From an uncultured Clostridium sp. (GTDB taxonomy: Bacteria; Bacillota; Clostridia; TANB77; CAG-508): DNA of 64,000 nt. Every line of letters begins with the position of its first letter. Position 1 is the stretch's first letter. The DNA is taken from positions 18,656 to 82,655 of the forward strand of contig CATZPY010000002.1 in NCBI GenBank assembly GCA_958422985.1. The letters run 5' to 3'. Position numbers and translations under genes: made by a program. Below are positions 59,048 to 64,000 of this stretch, one piece after another. The notes under the pieces are model-generated. The model saw only the letters and a program-made list of their open reading frames with translations, did not search any database and was not told the origin of the DNA.

Positions 59048-59458
59048 ATGTTTAATAAAGTAAAAGAAGAAAAAGGAATAACATTAGTCGTTTTAATAAT
59101 TACAATAATTATATTACTATGTTTAGCAGGAGTTATAGTGTATTTAGTATTTGGTCAAGATGGTTTAAAAGGTAAAGATAATGCTTTAGAAGCTGAAAGA
59201 GATAAAGCATATGCAAAAGATATAGTAACTATGGCATTAAAAGTAGTAGAAAAAGATAGAGAACAAATGAATGTTAATGGTTTAGTACAAACTAATACAA
59301 ATCCAGATGTTATAGATGCAGTAGTAAAAACAATAGATAAGTCTTCAAACTTTAAAGAAGGTGCAGATGGAAGTTCTGTAGAATATGTAACAAGTAGTGG
59401 AGATAAATATATTGTTAAAGTAGATACTAAAAATTTAAAAGTACAAGAAGTAAACTAA
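59048..59458 (+). CDS. hypothetical membrane-anchored protein with a pilin-like N-terminus (KGITLVV...) but no Glu at +5
   Basis: RBS AAGGGAGA. Hydrophobic N-terminal helix. No Glu at position +5. Confidence 0.35.
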   Translation: MFNKVKEEKGITLVVLIITIIILLCLAGVIVYLVFGQDGLKGKDNALEAERDKAYAKDIVTMALKVVEKDREQMNVNGLVQTNTNPDVIDAVVKTIDKSSNFKEGADGSSVEYVTSSGDKYIVKVDTKNLKVQEVN

Positions 59459-59520
59459 AGAAAAGGCATATACACTAGTTGTATATGCCTAAAAAAATGT
59501 TAATAAAAAGGAGCATATAT

Positions 59521-60432
59521 ATGAATATAGGAATAGATATAGGTGGAAGCCATGTAGGGGTAGGACTTGTGGGTTCAAGTGGAAAGATAATAAACAAAAA
59601 AGAAGTAGATATAACAGAAAAAGATAAAAAGAATATAGAAAAAATGATAACAAATACTATAATAAATTTTATAAAACAAATTTTAAAAGAACAAGATATA
59701 GAGGCAAAGGAAATTGGTTATGTGGGAATTGCATCACCAGGTACAATAGAAAATAATTGTATATATAATGTAGTAAACTTAGGCTTAGAAAAATTAGATA
59801 TAGCTAAATATATAAAAAAAGAATTTAGCTTAGAAGTAAAAATAAAAAATGATGCAAAATGTGCAGGAATTGCAGAAAGTATGTATGGGAGTACAAAATT
59901 TGCTCAAGATAATATATATTTGTGTTTAGGAACTGGAATAGGTGGAGCAGCATTTATAAATAATAAATTAGTAGAACCAAGATACAAATCGGGAATGGAA
60001 TTTGGTCACATGATAATAGATAAAGGCGGAAGAGAATGTAAATGTGGAAGCAAAGGATGTTTCGAAAAATATTGCTCTATGAAAACCTTAAAAAGAGAAA
60101 TTATAGAAACATTAGAATTAGATAAAAACGACACAGGTGCAAATATTGTAAACGAAATTAGAAAACATATAGATGACTTAAGAGTAAGACCTTTAATAAA
60201 AGAATATGTAGAGTATTTGGCAATAGGAATATCTAATTTAGTAAATATATTCGAACCAGAAGTTGTATGTATTGGTGGAAGTTTTGTATTTATAGGTGAC
60301 TTAATTATTCCAAAGCTAAAAAAAGAAATACAAGAAAAGAAATTATTGTTTAACCCAAGAAAGGATGTAAACATAGTGCTTGCAACATTAAGTAATGATG
60401 CAGGCATAATTGGAGCAGCAAGCTTATTATAG
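59521..60432 (+). CDS. glcK: ROK-family glucokinase
   Basis: GIDIGGSHVGVGLV N-terminus, zinc motif CKCGSKGCFEKYCS, and GGAASLL C-terminus. Confidence 0.8.
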   Translation: MNIGIDIGGSHVGVGLVGSSGKIINKKEVDITEKDKKNIEKMITNTIINFIKQILKEQDIEAKEIGYVGIASPGTIENNCIYNVVNLGLEKLDIAKYIKKEFSLEVKIKNDAKCAGIAESMYGSTKFAQDNIYLCLGTGIGGAAFINNKLVEPRYKSGMEFGHMIIDKGGRECKCGSKGCFEKYCSMKTLKREIIETLELDKNDTGANIVNEIRKHIDDLRVRPLIKEYVEYLAIGISNLVNIFEPEVVCIGGSFVFIGDLIIPKLKKEIQEKKLLFNPRKDVNIVLATLSNDAGIIGAASLL

Positions 60433-60513
60433 AAAAATCACTTAAATACTTGTACAAAGTTTAAGATTGTGATATAAAATATGTATGAATATTATAGGAG
60501 AGGTGGAACATTT

Positions 60514-61242
60514 GTGGAAGGCGAAGTAAGTAACGAGAAAAAAACAATATTAATTGTTGACGATGAGCAACCAATAATTGATATGTTAGTATACAATTTA
60601 GAAAAAGAAGGATATAACACATTAGAGGCGACAGATGGAGAAAAAGCAGTAGACATTGCTTTAAATAATACACCTGACTTAATATTATTAGATATTATGA
60701 TACCTAAAATGGATGGGTTATCTGTATGCAAAAGAATAAGACATAATTTAAATGTTCCAATTATAATGTTAAGTGCAAAAGGTGAAGAAATAGACAAAAT
60801 ATTAGGATTAGAATTAGGTGCAGATGATTATATTACAAAACCTTTTAGTATAAGGGAATTAATGGCGAGAATAAAGGCTAATTTAAGAAAAGGTAAAGGT
60901 AGCTATGAAGAAGGAAAAATAGAAGCCAATACTAATAAAATTGTTGTGGGAAATTTACAATTAGATATAGATAAATTCGAAACTAGAGTAAAAAATAAAG
61001 TTGTTGACTTAACATTAAGAGAATTTGAAGTATTAAAATACTTAGCAAATCAATTAGGGCAAGTTGTAACAAGAGAAACTTTATTAGAAAAAGTATGGGG
61101 ATATGAATATTATGGTGACATAAGAACTGTAGATGTTACAGTAAGAAGAATAAGAGAAAAAATAGAAGAAGATACATCTAACCCAAAAATTTTAATAACA
61201 AAAAGAGGAGTTGGCTATTATATAGCTACAGGTGATAAATAG
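60514..61242 (+). CDS. OmpR-family two-component response regulator (GTG start)
   Basis: REC domain (ILIVDDE, LILLDIMIPKMDG, KP) plus a winged-helix C-terminus (VDVTVRRIREKIE...ITKRGVGY). RBS GGAGAGGTGG is 7 nt before the GTG. Confidence 0.85.
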   Translation: MEGEVSNEKKTILIVDDEQPIIDMLVYNLEKEGYNTLEATDGEKAVDIALNNTPDLILLDIMIPKMDGLSVCKRIRHNLNVPIIMLSAKGEEIDKILGLELGADDYITKPFSIRELMARIKANLRKGKGSYEEGKIEANTNKIVVGNLQLDIDKFETRVKNKVVDLTLREFEVLKYLANQLGQVVTRETLLEKVWGYEYYGDIRTVDVTVRRIREKIEEDTSNPKILITKRGVGYYIATGDK

Positions 61243-61344
61243 AAAATAATTTAAATAAATTGCTAAAATAAAAATTAAGATCGTCGGTTAAAATATACAG
61301 TATTTAGTCTATTTTACTGGCGATTTTATTATAAGGAGTAATAA

Positions 61345-62847
61345 ATGATAAAGAATATACAATTAAAGATAGTATTAATATTTTTTATATTAGGTATGCT
61401 TACAATTATTGGATTAGGCTTCTTTTTTACAAATTCTTTAGAGGCCATAAATGTAGCTATTAACACAGCAGAAGTTACAGATGTTATAAATATTAATATT
61501 AGTAATGTAAAATTAATACTTATGATTTCATTAGTAACATTAGGTACTATAAGCATTATAGTAGGAATATTTCTTTCTAAAACAGTAGTAAAACCAATAG
61601 ATAAATTAATAAAAAATGCAGAAAAACTAACATCAAAAGAAAAAAGTAAACATATAAGAAGTAAAAATGAAATAGATAATTTAGCAGATACATTCGAGGA
61701 GATGACAATAAAGCTTCAAGAAAATCTATCTGAAATATCTACGAAAAAAAAGCAAATGGAAACAATACTTATTCATATGAGTGATGGTATAATTGCATTT
61801 AATATGGAAGGAAAAGTTATACTTATAAATCCAGCCGCAACAAGAGCTTTATCTATTATGGATGAAGAAACCAATTTTGAAACAATATTTAAAAATGTCA
61901 ATTTAAATATAAATATGGAAAAAATTATTTACCTAGAAGACTGGACATCATCTGAGCAAAAAGTTAAGGTAAAAGATAAATATTTAAATTTAGCATTTGA
62001 GATTTTAAAAGATGAAAAAGATAGACCATCTGGTGTAATGGTACTTATACAAGACATAACAGAACATGTAAAATTAGATAATATGAGAAAAGAATTTGTA
62101 GCAGATGTATCTCACGAACTTAAAACACCTATTACATCTATTATGGGGTATGCAGATACTTTACTAGAAACAGAGCATGATAAAGCAATAGAAACTAAAT
62201 TTTTAGGCGTAATATCGTCAGAAGCAAAAAGAATGTCTAAATTAGTAACAGATTTATTATCACTTTCAAGATTTGACAATAATAAAACAAATATAGTAAA
62301 AGAAGAATTTGACTTAGGTGAGCTTGCTAAAAAGTGCCAAGAGAAGCTTCAAATAGAAATAGATAAAAAGCAACTTAAAGTAAATTGCTTAGTTACAGCA
62401 AATGTTCCACCTGTATATGCAGAAAAAGATGGAATAGAAAGAGTTATAATAAACATATTGTCAAATAGTATAAAATATACTAATGAAAAAGGAACTATTA
62501 ATATATATGTAGGTTTTGTATATAATGATGCTTACATTAAATGTATAGATACAGGAATGGGAATACCAGAAGAAGATTTGGAAAGAATTTTTGAAAGATT
62601 TTATAGGGTAGACAAGGCAAGAACAAGAGAAATGGGTGGAACAGGTTTAGGGCTATCCATAGCAAAAGAAATTTTAGACAGAAATAATGGAACTATAGAT
62701 ATTAAAAGTAAATTAAATGAAGGAACAGAAGTTGTAATAAGAATCCCTACAAAAACTAATAATAAATTTATCCTAAAGGAGGAAGAAAAATTAAATGAGG
62801 GAAAAGACAGTAGGAAACCAAATAACCAAGAAACAAAAAATAATTAA
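61345..62847 (+). CDS. two-component sensor histidine kinase (2 TM, HAMP, PAS-like, HisKA, HATPase)
   Basis: H-box SHELKTPITSIMGYADTL and G-boxes (DTGMGIPEEDLERIFERFYR, GGTGLGLSIAK). Confidence 0.85.
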   Translation: MIKNIQLKIVLIFFILGMLTIIGLGFFFTNSLEAINVAINTAEVTDVININISNVKLILMISLVTLGTISIIVGIFLSKTVVKPIDKLIKNAEKLTSKEKSKHIRSKNEIDNLADTFEEMTIKLQENLSEISTKKKQMETILIHMSDGIIAFNMEGKVILINPAATRALSIMDEETNFETIFKNVNLNINMEKIIYLEDWTSSEQKVKVKDKYLNLAFEILKDEKDRPSGVMVLIQDITEHVKLDNMRKEFVADVSHELKTPITSIMGYADTLLETEHDKAIETKFLGVISSEAKRMSKLVTDLLSLSRFDNNKTNIVKEEFDLGELAKKCQEKLQIEIDKKQLKVNCLVTANVPPVYAEKDGIERVIINILSNSIKYTNEKGTINIYVGFVYNDAYIKCIDTGMGIPEEDLERIFERFYRVDKARTREMGGTGLGLSIAKEILDRNNGTIDIKSKLNEGTEVVIRIPTKTNNKFILKEEEKLNEGKDSRKPNNQETKNN

Positions 62848-63472
62848 AGAAATAGTAAGTTGGGTTATTTGTATTATAATTGCAGTTGTATTAGCTTTAC
62901 TAATAAAATATTTTGTGTTAACACCAACAGTAGTAAAGCAAAAGTCAATGTATCCTACATTAGAAGAAAATCAAAGATTAATTTTAAATAGATTAGGAAG
63001 AACATTAAAAAAGATGCCCAAAAGAGGAGATATAATTACTTTCGAGGCACCATCAAATACATATAGAACAGAGGAAGATACAGATCTTTCTAACCCAGTA
63101 GCAGTTTATGAATATAGCGAAAAAAGCTTTTTAGAAAACTTTAAATACAATGTATTAGAAATAGGAAAAATAAGTTATATAAAAAGAGTTATAGGTCTAC
63201 CGGGTGAACATATACAAATAAAGAATGGAAAAGTATATGTAAATGAAGAAGAATTAGAAGAAAATTATTTACAACCAGGAATTGTTACAGACGATTCTGA
63301 AGGAATATTTTATGATATTGTAGTGCCAGAAAACACAGTATTTGCCATGGGAGATAATAGGAACTCTAGTGTAGACTGTAGAGCTTTTGGTTGTATACCA
63401 TTAGAAAAGATAGAGGGAAATGTATTACTTAGATTTTGGCCATTAAATAAGTTTGGAAAAGTTGAAGAGTAG
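62795..63472 (+). CDS. lepB: signal peptidase I
   Basis: Catalytic-Ser box SMYPTL and the GDNRNSSVDCRAFG box. Its start overlaps the kinase 3' end by 52 nt (RBS AGGAGGAAG). Confidence 0.85.
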   Translation: MREKTVGNQITKKQKIIKEIVSWVICIIIAVVLALLIKYFVLTPTVVKQKSMYPTLEENQRLILNRLGRTLKKMPKRGDIITFEAPSNTYRTEEDTDLSNPVAVYEYSEKSFLENFKYNVLEIGKISYIKRVIGLPGEHIQIKNGKVYVNEEELEENYLQPGIVTDDSEGIFYDIVVPENTVFAMGDNRNSSVDCRAFGCIPLEKIEGNVLLRFWPLNKFGKVEE

Positions 63473-63483
63473 GAGGAATATGC

Positions 63484-64000
63484 TTGTTTAAGAATATTGT
63501 AGGTCATGAAAATATAAAGAAAATATTAGAAAATAATATACAAACCAAAAATATATTACATAGTTATTTATTTATAGGAGAAGAAGGTATTGGAAAGCAA
63601 ACTTTAGGTAGAGAGTTTGCTAAAGCAATTTTGTGCAATTCCGAAGCTGAAAAGCCATGTGATACCTGTAAACCTTGTGTAGAATTTAATACAAAAAATA
63701 ATGTGAATTTTACCATAATAAATGAAGAAGGTGTTGCAATAAAAATAGAGCAAATAAGGAATATGCAAGTTAAAATTGCAGAAAAACCACTTAATTCAGA
63801 TTATAAAATATATTTAATTAACGATGCAGACCTTATGACAACAGAAGCTCAAAATTGTTTATTAAAAACATTAGAAGAGCCACCAGAGTATATAGTAATA
63901 ATTTTAATAACATCAAATGAAAACAAAATTTTAAATACAATAAAATCTAGATGTATGAAAATATATTTTAATAAACTAGAAAATTGTGATGTAAAAAAGA
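63484..64000 (+). CDS. holB: DNA polymerase III delta' subunit, 3'-truncated at the window edge (TTG start), not in the ORF track
   Basis: An AGGAGG RBS lies 7 nt before the TTG at 63484. Translation FKNIVGHENIKKILEN...HSYLFIGEEGIGKQTLGREFAKAILC...CDTCKPC...YLINDADLMTTEAQNCLLKTLEEPP...SRC is the delta-prime/tau AAA+ signature. Confidence 0.8.
   Translation, partial: MFKNIVGHENIKKILENNIQTKNILHSYLFIGEEGIGKQTLGREFAKAILCNSEAEKPCDTCKPCVEFNTKNNVNFTIINEEGVAIKIEQIRNMQVKIAEKPLNSDYKIYLINDADLMTTEAQNCLLKTLEEPPEYIVIILITSNENKILNTIKSRCMKIYFNKLENCDVKK

Noticed and set aside
59048-59458. Possible type IV pilin or competence pseudopilin.
   Set aside because: The N-terminus KGITLVV resembles a prepilin signal but lacks the near-invariant Glu at +5. 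No pilus-assembly genes are nearby.
62795-62847. 52-nt overlap between the histidine kinase 3' end and the lepB start, which could suggest a frameshift.
   Set aside because: The kinase domain is complete before the overlap, and lepB has a strong RBS with no alternative start before its TM helix. A genuine overlap is the simplest reading.
1-64000. Searched for CRISPR arrays, rRNA operons, and prophage/integrase/transposase/toxin-antitoxin signatures.
   Set aside because: I found no direct-repeat/spacer arrays, rRNA-like GC-rich blocks, or recombinase, transposase or phage structural gene signatures.

Overview
This is a low-GC (about 28% GC) Firmicutes window, most likely from a spore-forming member of the Clostridia. 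It is mostly chromosomal housekeeping and sporulation genes; I found no prophage, integron, CRISPR array or obvious defence island, and no T-box or M-box leaders.

Gene content, start to end:
- pth (truncated at the 5' end), rng, rimO and rubrerythrin.
- feoAB, dut and a CarD-family regulator.
- dnaG-rpoD, then an ECF sigma/anti-sigma pair, tRNA-Met and dnaE.
- An MgtA-like P-type ATPase, a UgtP-like glycosyltransferase, sleB-ypeB and gdpP.
- tRNA-Arg, a second ECF-like sigma/anti-sigma pair, and a MerR/GNAT divergent pair.
- scpB with no scpA, then an archaeal-type proS.
- A block of hypothetical membrane proteins followed by a REC-GGDEF protein.
- A sporulation neighbourhood: spoIIID, yabG, veg, a SipL-like DUF3794-LysM protein and yunB.
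- A C-terminally truncated FtsZ paralog.
- addB with no addA, a PgeF-like protein, LD-carboxypeptidase, a family-4 UDG, NUDIX and a GltD-like oxidoreductase.
- leuS, then infC-rpmI-rplT with an L20-type leader.
- A small RelA/SpoT-domain protein, the spoVAC-spoVAD-spoVAEb operon, dodecin, rsmB and a ROK glucokinase.
- A two-component RR/HK pair, lepB, and the start of holB (TTG start, missing from the ORF track).

The signals I consider most worth checking are all non-coding or synteny-related:
1. A cluster of six same-orientation DnaA boxes with flanking AT-rich DNA and a 57-aa ORF, downstream of gdpP.
2. Two families of dispersed palindromic intergenic repeats, one AT-rich 60-110 nt element in 4 copies and one GC-rich CCGGGATT...GGWCC element in at least 4 copies.
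3. An array of GTAAC repeats at exact 11-bp phasing upstream of a consensus veg promoter.
4. A tail-less FtsZ paralog sitting among sporulation genes.
5. Broken canonical gene pairs: addB without addA, scpB without scpA, and gdpP without rplI-dnaC.
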